Counted from the first letter of the stretch, positions 1-10,152 are shown. The stretch is DNA of 64,000 nucleotides from a virus (IMGVR_UViG_3300029787_000001:32001-96000), one strand, 5' to 3'. The notes: generated by a model from the sequence alone, not told the origin. A program made the numbers and translations.

Positions 1-139
1 AGCAGGGCTTGACACGGAGGCTATGGAATTCAGCCCCGAGAACATTGCATTCAAACTCTTGCGCCGTAACGATCTCCTTGATACACTAACCAAGCTCAAG
101 TACAAGGCTTACGACCAATCTATGACTTTGGATGATTGA
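1..139 (+). CDS. C-terminal fragment of a gene entering the window; resembles the C-terminus of large-phage nucleotidyltransferase-like proteins
   Basis: Frame 2 reads AGLDTEAMEFSPENIAFKLLRRNDLLDTLTKLKYKAYDQSMTLDD*; the EFSxENxxFKxLRR pattern was recognised from memory. Confidence 0.35.
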   Translation, partial: AGLDTEAMEFSPENIAFKLLRRNDLLDTLTKLKYKAYDQSMTLDD

Positions 140-784
140 TGGAATTCTACGAAATCACTGAGGATGTCTTTCCTCACCCCGGAGAGTACATCCTTTATGT
201 TCCAGCACAATCGATTGTGTTGTGTGGTGCCTACACTGGCGACCGGATTAAAGCCTTGCACAACGGACGTGTTCTTGAGGATAAAGTTGAGAACTTCAAG
301 AAGATAAAGGTTGGCACGAAAGAAAGGAAGCAGAAGTTTGTGTCAAGGTGCAAAGCGTGTGGTAAATGACCAAAATCTACACCTATTGCCTTTTCGATGG
401 CGATGACACATTCCATGGCGTTTACTCATCACTCGCCGCAGTTTATCGTGATGCGATTAAGATTGCCAACCAGGGGCAAAGCCGCGTGGTGCTTCAGACA
501 GAAAACGGATGGGTCGATCCTGACTTGACAACGCTCCGCAACGTGTTATATTCAAAGTGCGATGTGGTGGTGCTCCTACAAGGGGGACGCCATAAAGCAA
601 AAATACTCAAAACAAGACTAAAGGAGTGACTATGACCGACAATGACCACAATGCTTTCCTCTCTATGCACAATGATACAGATTGTGAAAATCCGTTTGAA
701 GAAAACTTCTCATGGGATCCAGACGATTGGGAAGACTGGAACGATTGGCAAGAAGAAACAAACTCTCGTTACTGGTGGGTCTGA
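136..784 (+). other. Three small hypothetical ORFs (136-369, 366-629, 632-784; the last is an acidic Trp-rich 50-aa protein)
   Basis: Overlapping stop/start coupling, AAGGAG before 632. Confidence 0.6.
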
Positions 785-1032
785 TGTATGAGATCTATGG
801 CGTAACAGATTGCCCTCATTGCCTACGCGCACAAGCGTTATGTATGGAAAAGGACGTTGACTACGCTTGGGTGATGATGGATTGGTCCAAGGACTATCGC
901 GAAAAGGTAAAGAAAGAGTTTGGCTGGGAAACCTACCCAATTATTGTCAAGATTGATTTCGACTCTTTAGAGGAAAAGTTGATCGGAGGTTTCAACGAAC
1001 TCATGCGCGAACTGCTTTCAGCCAAAGAGTAG
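784..1032 (+). CDS. Glutaredoxin
   Basis: CPHC active site, ETYPIIV cis-Pro motif, LIGGF; ATG overlaps the upstream TGA. Confidence 0.85.
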   Translation: MYEIYGVTDCPHCLRAQALCMEKDVDYAWVMMDWSKDYREKVKKEFGWETYPIIVKIDFDSLEEKLIGGFNELMRELLSAKE

Positions 1033-1044
1033 CATAGTTACTAT

Positions 1045-1746
1045 GTGGAAGAACTATCACCCGGCGACCTCGTAAGATGGATCATAGATTATAAAGTCTT
1101 TGAGGCACAAGAGAATGGTGAAGTGTTCCCCATAGATGCTGTTTGGGCATACGGAATCATCATTGAGGTTTCCTATGAAGACCCAATGTCAGTCGTGTTG
1201 GTGAGACTGGACACAAAAACACATCAAATTTTACACATGATACACGACGGCTTCGTTGTCGTCAGCAAAGCCACCGGAGGATAAATGGCAAAAAGAATCA
1301 CAGAAGGCTCACTCGTCTGCACTAATCGCAATGTAGAGGGCTTAGGTTTGGTCTTGAAAAGAATAAGAGACATCAATCAGTACACCGAGTTTGATCTTTC
1401 AGAGTCTTTTGCTAAGCTTTTTGATGACGATCACCCAGAATATTTATTCAAAAGCATGGAAAGTTACATTCTTGTCAGCCTACGAGGCGACGCAATTGAA
1501 AGCATTAACGAACAAATTGTCAGGAACAAGCCGGATGTAGAACTTGACGCCCTTCAGGTCTTCTGGAATCACAACAGGGCTTATTCTGTCACCTACTCTC
1601 CAAGAAAGAGAGTAAAAAAAGCCAAGGTTGATTTTTGCCTTGTTCACTGGACAAAAGCACCATCAGACTACGGTAGTAGACCATCAAGCTGGTACCAAAG
1701 AAAGAAGGCAGTTTGGATGACAACGAGTTCTGTTAAGAACAAATAA
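1045..1746 (+). other. Two hypothetical ORFs with SH3/KOW-like N-termini (1045-1284 PGDLVRW; 1285-1746 EGSLV)
   Basis: ORF track; GDLV-type motif. Confidence 0.55.
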
Positions 1747-1804
1747 CGCCCAGCCCTTGACAGCAGGCGATCACCCGGATAGTCTATCTATACAGGGAGA
1801 GACA

Positions 1805-2251
1805 ATGTGTAGCCTACCCAAAGAGTATGACACGGGACCATTCGCCGAGAGGACGATGGTTTATCGAGGACGCAACTCGCGCTACTTCAACATCGCTCGC
1901 AAGGCTGCACTCTGCTCTGAGCAGACTGATTACAAGCACGGCGCCGTGTTGGTGAAGGGGGGCTCCGTAATCAACACAAGTTGCAATAAGAATCGGCTTG
2001 TCTCCTTTGGCTCCCGTTTCTGCACTGAGCACGAGGGAACACCAACTCTGCATGCGGAGTTGGGAGCTATTCTCGGACTTGACCGGAGCATCACAGAAGG
2101 CGCTTCTATCTATGTCTGCCGTGTTGGGAAAGATAATGGCTTTCGCCTTTCAAAGCCCTGCTCCATGTGTCACCAAGCAATGATTCATGTTGGGATCAAA
2201 AGGGTGTTTTGGTCTATTGATAACTACTCTTGCGCCATGGGGAAACTATGA
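1805..2251 (+). CDS. Zn-dependent cytidine/adenosine deaminase superfamily protein (dCMP deaminase/TadA-like)
   Basis: HGAVLVK, HAE and PCSMC motifs. Confidence 0.85.
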   Translation: MCSLPKEYDTGPFAERTMVYRGRNSRYFNIARKAALCSEQTDYKHGAVLVKGGSVINTSCNKNRLVSFGSRFCTEHEGTPTLHAELGAILGLDRSITEGASIYVCRVGKDNGFRLSKPCSMCHQAMIHVGIKRVFWSIDNYSCAMGKL

Positions 2252-2646
2252 GACGTTGCGGCATTTGCGGCGAGCCCGGTCATTACCGAAGCACCTGCAC
2301 CAATAAAAGCACGGCAGGCAGCAAGCCCTCGATCAAGAAGGCAAAGTCTGTCAAGCCCATTGCTGACGAGTTTGAAGAGGACGACGGAGATTACGAAGAG
2401 ACTCTTTGTGATGAGTTTTGGCGTCCACTCAAGAAGGAAAAGAAGAAGAAAGTCATCCTCTGTTCTGTTTGTGGAGATGAAGGGCACAATGCGGCAACCT
2501 GCTATTACAGCAAGCCACCGCCTGATGTTCTTGGACCCACGATTATGGAATGTGGACACTTTACTTGGTGGATGGAAGACGGTGAATGCTCTCGCTGCAA
2601 CCAACGCCAGAAGCTAAGAGAACAATCCTATGAAGCAGCAGCATAA
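2248..2646 (+). CDS. Double CCHC zinc-knuckle protein
   Basis: CGICGEPGHYRSTC and CSVCGDEGHNAATC (C-x2-C-x4-H-x4-C). Confidence 0.75.
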   Translation: MRRCGICGEPGHYRSTCTNKSTAGSKPSIKKAKSVKPIADEFEEDDGDYEETLCDEFWRPLKKEKKKKVILCSVCGDEGHNAATCYYSKPPPDVLGPTIMECGHFTWWMEDGECSRCNQRQKLREQSYEAAA

Positions 2647-2759
2647 GGAGAACTAACAATGAGCTTTTGTAAAAATTGCCAATTGAAAACAATCCACATT
2701 GTTGGAATTGTATTTGCTCTTGGTGTTATGTTGCTTGAATTTATTTAGGAGAACGAAGA

Positions 2760-2951
2760 ATGAAAGTCGGTGACCTTGTTAAACTTTCTCACATTGACTA
2801 CCCTCAGTACGTGAACCTGAAGGGGATTTTGATGGAAGAGGTTTTTCCACAAAAGTGGAAGGTTTACATCAAGGGCAAGATGCATCCTTACCTCGTCCAT
2901 CAAGTAAGCTTCGCCAACCACTGGAGAACGAATGATTCACATCACAGGTAA
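2760..2951 (+). CDS. Small SH3/KOW-like protein (MKVGDLV family)
   Basis: MKVGDLVKL N-terminus, RBS. Confidence 0.65.
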   Translation: MKVGDLVKLSHIDYPQYVNLKGILMEEVFPQKWKVYIKGKMHPYLVHQVSFANHWRTNDSHHR

Positions 2952-3528
2952 GATCCCAAGAAGAGTTGCTGTCGCTGTAAGTGGCGGCATTGACTCTATG
3001 GCAGCCCTCGACTTTCTTCGCAGGGCTCATGATGTTGTTGTGTTGCACTACAACCACGGCACACCTTATGCTCCAAAGGCAGAGGCTCTTGTTCGTGCCT
3101 ATTGCATGAAGCACAAACTAACCATCGTCATCGGAAGATGCGAGGAAGAGATGCCCGATGGCGTTTCCCCTGAAGCGTGGTGGCGAGAAAAACGTTACAA
3201 GTTCTTTGAAGAAGCAACAACTTCGCCCATTGTCACGGCACACCACCTTGACGATCAGGTTGAGAACTGGATCTTCACAAGTCTCAATGGTAACCCATTC
3301 TTGATCCCGCACAAGCGCGATCAGTTCATCCGACCTTTCTTGACCACAGAGAAGCGAGACTTTACGATGTGGTGCATTCGCAAAGAAGTGCCAACGATCA
3401 GCGATCCCAGCAATGGAGACTATCGCTACAGGCGCAACTACATTCGCAATGTAATGATGCCGCACGTCACACACATCAATCCCGGCATCAAGAAAGTAGT
3501 GAAGAAGAAAGTCCTTGACAGCATGTGA
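2932..3528 (+). CDS. tilS: tRNA(Ile)-lysidine synthetase, N-terminal PP-loop catalytic domain only
   Basis: VAVSGGIDS PP-loop, HYNHG, AHHLDDQVE, RPFL, DPSN, RRNYIR motifs. Confidence 0.88.
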   Translation: MIHITGKIPRRVAVAVSGGIDSMAALDFLRRAHDVVVLHYNHGTPYAPKAEALVRAYCMKHKLTIVIGRCEEEMPDGVSPEAWWREKRYKFFEEATTSPIVTAHHLDDQVENWIFTSLNGNPFLIPHKRDQFIRPFLTTEKRDFTMWCIRKEVPTISDPSNGDYRYRRNYIRNVMMPHVTHINPGIKKVVKKKVLDSM

Positions 3529-3565
3529 TCGCCCGGTTAAGTTACAAGAGTAAGGAGAGAGACAC

Positions 3566-3957
3566 ATGACCACTGACGAACTGCGACACAACTATGCCGA
3601 CGCCTTCATCGCCCTTGTGATGGATGGTGCTGAGGGAAGCGCCCTCGATGTTCATCACCGCGATGCGATCATTCTCGCACTACAGGATGCGATCGAGTTC
3701 TTCTCGGCGGCTGAATACGGCACCGAGATTTCTTAAATAAATCCTTGACAGCAGACGACCACCCGGTTAGATTAACAGAGTCCCAAGAGGACAAGGAGAC
3801 AAAGCAAATGAGCATCGAACTTATGCAGCAGATTTCTAACATTCTCACCACCACTATCCTTTTCTATGCCACCCTGATTGGCATGTGCTCCCTTGTCATT
3901 GTGCATGAGGCGCGGAAGTTCATCAATGGACTCCCGACTCCCCGTCAGATTTCTTAA
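3566..3957 (+). other. Two promoter-cassette ORFs (3566-3736, 56 aa; 3808-3957, membrane peptide)
   Basis: Each has its own promoter and RBS; both end in AGATTTCTTAAA. Confidence 0.6.
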
Positions 3958-4086
3958 AAAAACACTTGACAGCCGCTACCCTGTCGGTTAGATTACAGGG
4001 GTAAGGAGGAAGACAGCGACCTCCCGACGCAAAAAAAACGCACTTGACAAGCCGCGCCCTCCCGGTTACAATAGGAGGGACACCAC

Positions 4087-4163
4087 GGGGAGATAGCTCA
4101 ATTGGTCAGAGCATCAGTCTCATAAACTGCCGGTTCCGAGTTCAAGTCTCGGTCTCCCTACCA
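4087..4163 (+). tRNA. tRNA with CAT anticodon (Ile2 or Met)
   Basis: GGGGAGA/TCTCCCT acceptor, loop CT-CAT-AA, TTCAAGT T-loop, encoded CCA; own promoter at 4044. Confidence 0.9.
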
Positions 4164-4225
4164 TCTTAACACTATAGGTGTTGTCCCTACCTTAAAAGGG
4201 GCGCTCATAACTACAAGGAGAAAAT

Positions 4226-4429
4226 ATGAGTACCACTATCACCAGCAGCCTTATCCGCGAGGCAACCTTCGACGCCAACAGCCGCACGCTTACGGTCGTC
4301 CTCAACAGCGGTCGCGAGTACACCTATCAGGGTGTCGATCAGTCAGTCTACCAGGGTCTCGTCTCTGCTGACTCTGCCGGTCGCTTCTTCAACAAGAACA
4401 TTGTTGGTAAGTTCACGACCTCTTCCTGA
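4226..4429 (+). CDS. KTSC domain protein
   Basis: SSLIREATFD...LTVVLNSGREYTYQGV...SADSAGRFFNKNI. Confidence 0.85.
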   Translation: MSTTITSSLIREATFDANSRTLTVVLNSGREYTYQGVDQSVYQGLVSADSAGRFFNKNIVGKFTTSS

Positions 4430-4468
4430 TAAAGGAAAGCCCCGCCCCCGGCTTTGTAGGGGGCTCAC

Positions 4469-4544
4469 GCACCTATAGCTCAATTGGAAGAGCATCGGTT
4501 TTCTACACCGAGGGTTGAGGGTTCGAGTCCTTCTGGGTGTACCA
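4469..4544 (+). tRNA. tRNA-Arg(TCT)
   Basis: Full cloverleaf, TCGGT-TT TCT AC-ACCGA, CCA. Confidence 0.95.
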
Positions 4545-4597
4545 TTTAGCCGACTCTGGGCTTTATCAGAGAACAAATAAAAAGGAAACAGAAAGTA

Positions 4598-4750
4598 ATG
4601 CGTAACATTATGATTCTCGCAGCCGCCATCATGGTAGGTTGTGGAGACAAGGACGAGGACACTGGCAGCGACACTGCCGAGGCTCAGGACACCGACGATG
4701 GTGGAGAGCCAGAAGACACTGGTGGGGAAGACACCGCTGTCGTAGAGTAA
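4598..4750 (+). CDS. Small acidic lipoprotein (50 aa)
   Basis: MRNIMILAAAIMVG-C lipobox then DEDTGSDTAE...EDTGGEDTA; not in the ORF track. Confidence 0.7.
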   Translation: MRNIMILAAAIMVGCGDKDEDTGSDTAEAQDTDDGGEPEDTGGEDTAVVE

Positions 4751-4758
4751 GTAAGAAG

Positions 4759-4787
4759 CCGCTGGCACACCGGTTAAAGTGTGCCAC
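4759..4787 (+). repeat. Hairpin repeat CCGCTGGCACACCGGTTAAAGTGTGCCAC, copy 1
   Basis: Identical 29-mer at 4991-5019; 26-nt match at 21290-21315. Confidence 0.95.
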
Positions 4788-4799
4788 ACATGCTCACCA

Positions 4800-4985
4800 C
4801 CAACATAGGGTCCGAGTAGGTACAGGGAACTGGCTTCAGCGCTAATGCTGACTAAGATGATCCAGTAACGGAAACAACGCTCACCCGTGAGCGGGTCATG
4901 CTAATGATGTTGGAAACAATGTATAGGACAAGTTGATCACTTGTCCGAAAAGACGCCTAACAGAGATTAGGAGTGTCCCTGACAT
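4800..4985 (+). ncRNA. Candidate structured ncRNA between the two hairpin repeats
   Basis: No plausible ORF; at least six helices found by eye (see findings). Confidence 0.6.
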
Positions 4986-4990
4986 TGCAA

Positions 4991-5019
4991 CCGCTGGCAC
5001 ACCGGTTAAAGTGTGCCAC
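4991..5019 (+). repeat. Hairpin repeat, copy 2
   Basis: Identical to 4759-4787; ends 5 nt before tRNA-Gln. Confidence 0.95.
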
Positions 5020-5024
5020 TTTAT

Positions 5025-5100
5025 TGGGACGTGGCGCAATTGGTAGCGCATCGGTTTTTGGCACCGAGGGTTGTAGGTTCGAGTCCTACCGTCCCAGCCA
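5025..5100 (+). tRNA. tRNA-Gln(TTG)
   Basis: T1-A72, G73, loop TT-TTG-GC, CCA. Confidence 0.92.
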
Positions 5101-5266
5101 CTTAAGAGGAAATAACATGAGCACAGTAGAGTTATGTTTTGGAATTTTGATTTCTGCAACGGTCATTATTGCCGTGATTCAGTACAAACTTTCAGAGTCT
5201 CCCGATCGTCGTAAATAAAAACACTTGACACCCGCACCTCTCCGGGTTACAATAGAGAGGACACAA

Positions 5267-5352
5267 GCCAGCGTGGTGGAATGGTATACACAGCAGACTC
5301 AAAATCTGCCGGTCTTATGACCTTGCGAGTTCGAGTCTCGCCGCTGGTACCA
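5267..5352 (+). tRNA. tRNA-Leu(CAA)
   Basis: Long variable arm, CT-CAA-AA, A73, CCA; own promoter at 5225. Confidence 0.95.
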
Positions 5353-5375
5353 CTTTTCAAACAGGATAAAGCAAA

Positions 5376-5768
5376 ATGGGCATTTTTATCGTAACAGCAA
5401 CTCACACGGACGACGATTATAAGCGTCCCCACGTAAGCAGTGAAACTGCGATGGCCACTTCTCACGAAGACGCTGTTGTGCGTGCAGTAGAGTTCTATCT
5501 TGAAAGGCTCGATGGTGGCTATTCTTTCGATTACCACAATCCATCAGGGTTCAATAAGGTAATCGAGCAGCACCGAAACAGCCCACAGACTCTATTCTCA
5601 GCACTTTACGATTACTTTGAGAGCAACCCAGAAGGAATGTTTACTGGCGAGTTTGTCCCAGAAACCCTAAATGTGACCATTAGCGAAAACGAACACGTCC
5701 CGCTTGATACAAAGCCAATCCTATCTATGGTTGACGAGGTTTCTCGTTACATCAGAGAGGAAATGTAA
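5376..5768 (+). CDS. Hypothetical protein
   Basis: ORF between tRNAs. Confidence 0.6.
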   Translation: MGIFIVTATHTDDDYKRPHVSSETAMATSHEDAVVRAVEFYLERLDGGYSFDYHNPSGFNKVIEQHRNSPQTLFSALYDYFESNPEGMFTGEFVPETLNVTISENEHVPLDTKPILSMVDEVSRYIREEM

Positions 5769-5782
5769 CAATAGAATATTTT

Positions 5783-5858
5783 GGGTCTATAGCTCAATTG
5801 GCAGAGCATCGGACTTTTAATCCGCAGGTTCTGGGTTCGATTCCCAGTGGACCCACCA
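5783..5858 (+). tRNA. tRNA-Lys(TTT)
   Basis: Cloverleaf, CT-TTT-AA, CCA. Confidence 0.95.
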
Positions 5859-5877
5859 TTTAAAATAAGGAGAAGAG

Positions 5878-6402
5878 ATGTTTAAGAAAGTTTTGGCATG
5901 CATATTGTGCCTGGGGTTGTCAACAGCCGCATACGCTCAGGCGCCCGTAGCCGAGGATGCAGACGCATCTAAGATGGACTGGAATACTCGCAAGGGCATC
6001 CGGTTTGGATACAACTATGCAAACAAGGCAGATGAGTCAGACAAGCTTCAGAGCCCACACATGTTTGTGATTGGCTTTGAGATGCAGCAGACAATGGACG
6101 GCGATTCGTGGCTCGACTTGCTTTTTATTCAGAACTTGACCATCAGTGGTTTGGACCAAAGTGTTGTTCTTCCATCTGGAAACGCGCTTGTCGGATTTGA
6201 AATCAAAGATGCACTACAGTTGGCAGTGGGCGCTAACGCCACTATCGTTGATCCTTCTGATGAGGACCACTATGTACATCTTGTTACTGCGGTCGGGTGG
6301 ACGCAGGATGCGGGAATCTTCAGCGTCCCAGTTCATCTTATCTTTGTCCCAGATGTCAATGACTATTATAGGGTTGCAGTTACTACCGGGATTAACTGGT
6401 AG
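5878..6402 (+). CDS. Exported protein, probable small outer-membrane beta-barrel
   Basis: Signal peptide ending AYA, amphipathic strands, C-terminal YRVAVTTGINW beta-signal-like end. Confidence 0.55.
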   Translation: MFKKVLACILCLGLSTAAYAQAPVAEDADASKMDWNTRKGIRFGYNYANKADESDKLQSPHMFVIGFEMQQTMDGDSWLDLLFIQNLTISGLDQSVVLPSGNALVGFEIKDALQLAVGANATIVDPSDEDHYVHLVTAVGWTQDAGIFSVPVHLIFVPDVNDYYRVAVTTGINW

Positions 6403-6453
6403 TCATTGTAAATAACCGCAGGGAGGCACGGGTTTACAGGTGCCTCAACTTTT

Positions 6454-6528
6454 GCTCCCATAGTTTAGCGGTTAGAATGCCGGCTTTTCACGCCGGAGGT
6501 CGGGGTTCGATTCCCCGTGGGAGTACCA
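6454..6528 (+). tRNA. tRNA-Glu(TTC)
   Basis: CCGGC-TT TTC AC-GCCGG, CCA. Confidence 0.93.
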
Positions 6529-6533
6529 TTTTT

Positions 6534-6609
<76 letters not shown>

Positions 6610-6670
6610 CTTTCCACTTGACACCGTCAGCCCCTCCGGTTACAATAGAGGGGAGGCACAGAACACTTAT

Positions 6671-6745
6671 CGAGAACAACGCGCGGGGTGTGCGGCCAGT
6701 TTTGGGTACTGGAAGTGCCGGGTTCAACTCCCGGGTTCTCGACCA
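6671..6745 (+). tRNA. tRNA-Pro(TGG) with atypical D-arm
   Basis: CGAGAAC/GTTCTCG, A73, CCAGT-TT TGG GT-ACTGG, T-arm CCGGG/CCCGG, CCA; A at position 8 and non-consensus D-loop. Confidence 0.8.
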
Positions 6746-6774
6746 TTTAACCTTTATTGAGATTGAGATAACAA

Positions 6775-6996
6775 ATGAGCAAGATTAGTATCCCACTCAC
6801 ATCACTGCTCCTGGCAGGATGCCCAGTAGCAATGGCTTTCGATCAGCCCACACTACCAGAATGCGTAATCGATCGGTGTGAAGAAAAAGTTTGCACAGTC
6901 GAGACACCAGAGGGCACAGTCGAGATTGCCAAGAAGAGGCACTATCAAGAGGGCACGCCAGTTGTGTGTCCGCTTTGGCTGATTGACCCCCGGTGA
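6775..6996 (+). CDS. Small exported or lipoprotein, Cys-rich
   Basis: LLLAGC lipobox-like motif, CVIDRCEEKVC. Confidence 0.55.
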   Translation: MSKISIPLTSLLLAGCPVAMAFDQPTLPECVIDRCEEKVCTVETPEGTVEIAKKRHYQEGTPVVCPLWLIDPR

Positions 6997-7058
6997 CATT
7001 CCGTGACTTGACAGGCGCCCTCCAACGAGCTACATTACAAGAGTAACAGGGAGACAGA

Positions 7059-7444
7059 ATGTTTAAGGTCGGCGATGTCGTAAGAGGCAACACAGTTGAC
7101 ACCAGTCTATCAACTGCGTCCCAGAGAGCCTCCACTGGAATCATCACCAAGATCGATGAATGTGGTGCGATTTCGCTGTGTTGGCTTTTTGGTAAAGTCA
7201 AGTGCAAGGGCAAAGAGTTTGGCGGCTTTAGGAAACAAGAACTTGAACTGGTGAGCGAAGCATGAAAGTCGGTGACCTTGTGAAGTTTACTGCCGGGTTC
7301 GCTGGCGCTGAGCGCCGGCAACGCGGCATTGTCGTTTGTTTTGATAATGACAATGACCCAGTGGTTTTGTGGCTTGGTTCAGGGTGGAACGGCTACCGTG
7401 AGGCAAATTTTCGCAATCACATTGCAGTGCTTTCTGAGGCGTAG
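7059..7444 (+). other. Two coupled MKVGD-family SH3/KOW-like ORFs (7059-7265, 7262-7444)
   Basis: FKVGDVVR and MKVGDLVKF; both end in (L/V)(V/L)SEA. Confidence 0.7.
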
Positions 7445-7580
7445 CGAACTACTTATTGCCTCAAAGTAGGAGAGTAAAATGGACAGAGACCTCATGGCTG
7501 ATATCGGCGTAGTAGCCACAGTAATCAGCATGTTTTTCATTGTAACAATCTTTATGTGCTGATTGAAAACTATTTAGGTT

Positions 7581-8405
7581 ATGTGGCGCTCTGTTGTTTT
7601 AACCTTACTACTACAATCACAACCAAGTTGGCTGGAAATAGGCGACGCTCAATCGCGCTGTAGCCTCCAAGGTTGTCTTGTTGAGGCAACAACAACAAAG
7701 CCAATCCCACAAACAATCGAGAACATAGTAAAAGAACAAACATCGGTTTTCTATGAAGAAGACCGATTTTTTCTACATTATGATCTCCGCAAAAGGATTA
7801 GAGATTTCTTACAGGAACACCCAAACCAAACAAGATTCATCATTACAGGCTGGACTGATGGCTGCGGAGAACACGATTACAACAAAGAGCTATCCAGAAA
7901 GAGAGCAGATGAAGTTGCACGTTACATAATGCAACTTAGAAGGGGTGCTCTTGTAGAGTTGCGCTGGGTTGGAGAAGCAACTGGAAAACACACGATTAGA
8001 GCCCGTAGAGTGGATGTCGCTGTGCTGAAAAAAGCACAACAAACAATCACACCCCCCAAGATTATTTATGATTATTATTTGATCGATGCAAGTGGCTCTA
8101 TGTCCGGTCCTAAATGGAATAAGTGGACTAACGCTATCGCTTATTGGCGAAAGCCGACCTCCAAAGTTTATGTTTCTTCTTCTGGCTACATTCCTGCTTG
8201 GAGCATTCTACAAAACATTGGACCTTATGGTTCTACCGAGATTTGGCTGTCCTTGTGGAGCGTTCTTGATGAAATGAGCGCTGGGCAGACTTTGGTTGTG
8301 ATCAGCGACTTTAACTCTGAAGTTCCGCTTTCTGGACGAGAGCGTGAAAGGATCAGCCAGAAGGCACGCACCAGAGGGGTGAGGATCGACTACGTGAGAC
8401 TGTGA
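7581..8405 (+). CDS. Exported OmpA-like peptidoglycan-binding domain fused to a vWA-like domain
   Basis: ITGWTDGCG...NKELSRKRADEVARY...RRVD; LIDASGSM MIDAS and VVISD. Confidence 0.7.
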   Translation: MWRSVVLTLLLQSQPSWLEIGDAQSRCSLQGCLVEATTTKPIPQTIENIVKEQTSVFYEEDRFFLHYDLRKRIRDFLQEHPNQTRFIITGWTDGCGEHDYNKELSRKRADEVARYIMQLRRGALVELRWVGEATGKHTIRARRVDVAVLKKAQQTITPPKIIYDYYLIDASGSMSGPKWNKWTNAIAYWRKPTSKVYVSSSGYIPAWSILQNIGPYGSTEIWLSLWSVLDEMSAGQTLVVISDFNSEVPLSGRERERISQKARTRGVRIDYVRL

Positions 8406-8470
8406 CAAAGATCGTAGCGATTAGCCCTTGACAGACTCGACCCGGTCGGTTACATTATGAGGGAGGAGCA

Positions 8471-10143
8471 GTGGTGGAGCAGATTTCGTTTGTTATCCCC
8501 TTTGGCGACACCAGCGACCCCGAACAGATCGCCGCCCGCATCGCCAAAGAGCTACAGTTTCTCTCTTGGTTTGTGAAACAAGAAGAAAAGAATAATGACG
8601 ACGATGGCGTCGCAGCAACAACATTTACTTTGTCCGGCTGGACTACAAAATGGCAGGTAGAATGAAAGTAGCAGAACTAAAGGTCGGAGAACTTTACAAG
8701 ATTCGCTCAGATCGAGAGACACATGTCGCTATTCGGCGTGGATTTCTTGATGTTCATTTGGGCAGTGGGCTTTTCCAAACCGAAGGCGCAAAGATTCGCC
8801 CAATGGACCATCTTATCTATCTTGGACAAGATCGCCACAACACACGCTGGGTCAACTATCGTGGCAAGAAGCTGCGCGCCTATCCCAACATCTGGCAACA
8901 CATTACGCTACTGGAAGAGGGATGAAGACGGGCGACTTGGTAAAAGATGAGCACTATGGTGTTGGGATTGTTATCGAAGACTGGAAAGAAGACACTACCC
9001 ACTTAAACTGGCGAATCTACTTTATGCAAGATAGTACGTTGCTGCATGTGTGCGAAACTACAAAGTGTTTTATCGAGGTGCTCAGTGAAAGTAGGTGATT
9101 TTATCCAGTCCTCAGCGTTTGTTGATCAGAACGGAATCATTCTGGAAACTGATGTTATCTCAAACCACCCGGATAATGAAACTTGGTTTCTTGTCCATTG
9201 GTTTACGACGATGTCCGGTCTCTCAATGAAAAAGGGTCGTCAAGAATGGCTGAGATCTTGGGAAATCGAACTGCGTGACTTGACAGATGCCTCCCAGCGA
9301 GCTACATTCCAAGAGTAAGAGGAGACAGAATGGCTAACGGCTATGCCCTTTTTAAGAGCCTTCATCCTGTCGGCGGTCTCTATCGCTACAAGGCGCCGTA
9401 TGCTCCACAGGGCTTAAACCCTTGGAGTGACGGCAAGGTCTATCTCCTAACAAAGTGGGAAAGACCAGAGGGCATAGACAAAAAGTCCCCTCTTCTCAAC
9501 GCTTTCTTCCTTGTTAATGGAACGGAGCATTGTGTTGACATTTCTTTCTTCAAGTATCTTAAGGCAGTAGAATGAAAGTCGGTGATCTGGTAAAGTATGC
9601 TTCAAATGATTCACCACTGGGTCTCTTTAGACGGAGCGGCGGCATTGTCACTGCCCAAAATAACAATCTTTTTGGTACTATTGTTTACTGGTTCAGAGAT
9701 AAACAGCGTACAGAAGAACAGGAAAAATACTTGGTGGTGATCAGTGAAAGTAGGTGATTTGGTAAAGCGGAAGACCCCTCCACCTCCAATGGGCTCCATC
9801 TGGAAAGGAATCATTATTGGAATGGGAGAAGAAAGCAACTTTGAGTGGATGGTTTACGACTTCTACGAGTCTTTTATTTGGTACGCCGATGCCGACGAGT
9901 TGGAGGTGATCAGTGAATGTGGGTGATTTGGTAATGTGGAGGCATCCAGGCGATCGCAGCAAGCCAGAGTTTGGAATGATTATTGCGTTGCGTCCTTATC
10001 TGAAGCCACGCTTGGAGATCAAAGTTGTTGATCTTTGTGGAGAGCGCCAAGGCGGCACAGACTGGTGGGATGCGGGAGACTGGGAGGTAATCTCAGAAAT
10101 AGACTTGACAGATGACGCTGAACCGGCTACATTAAAAGAATAA
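8471..10143 (+). other. Translationally coupled tandem of 8 small ORFs, mostly KVGDLV family (8471-8665, 8662-8925, 8922-9098, 9085-9318, 9330-9575, 9572-9757, 9744-9926, 9913-10143)
   Basis: Overlapping starts and stops, repeated junction TCAGTGAAAGTAGGTGATTT. Confidence 0.75.
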
Positions 10144-10152
10144 GGAGACACG

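Noticed and set aside
712-783. Longer glutaredoxin start given by the ORF track
   Set aside because: This region belongs to the 632-784 ORF in another frame; the coupled ATG at 784 fits the family length
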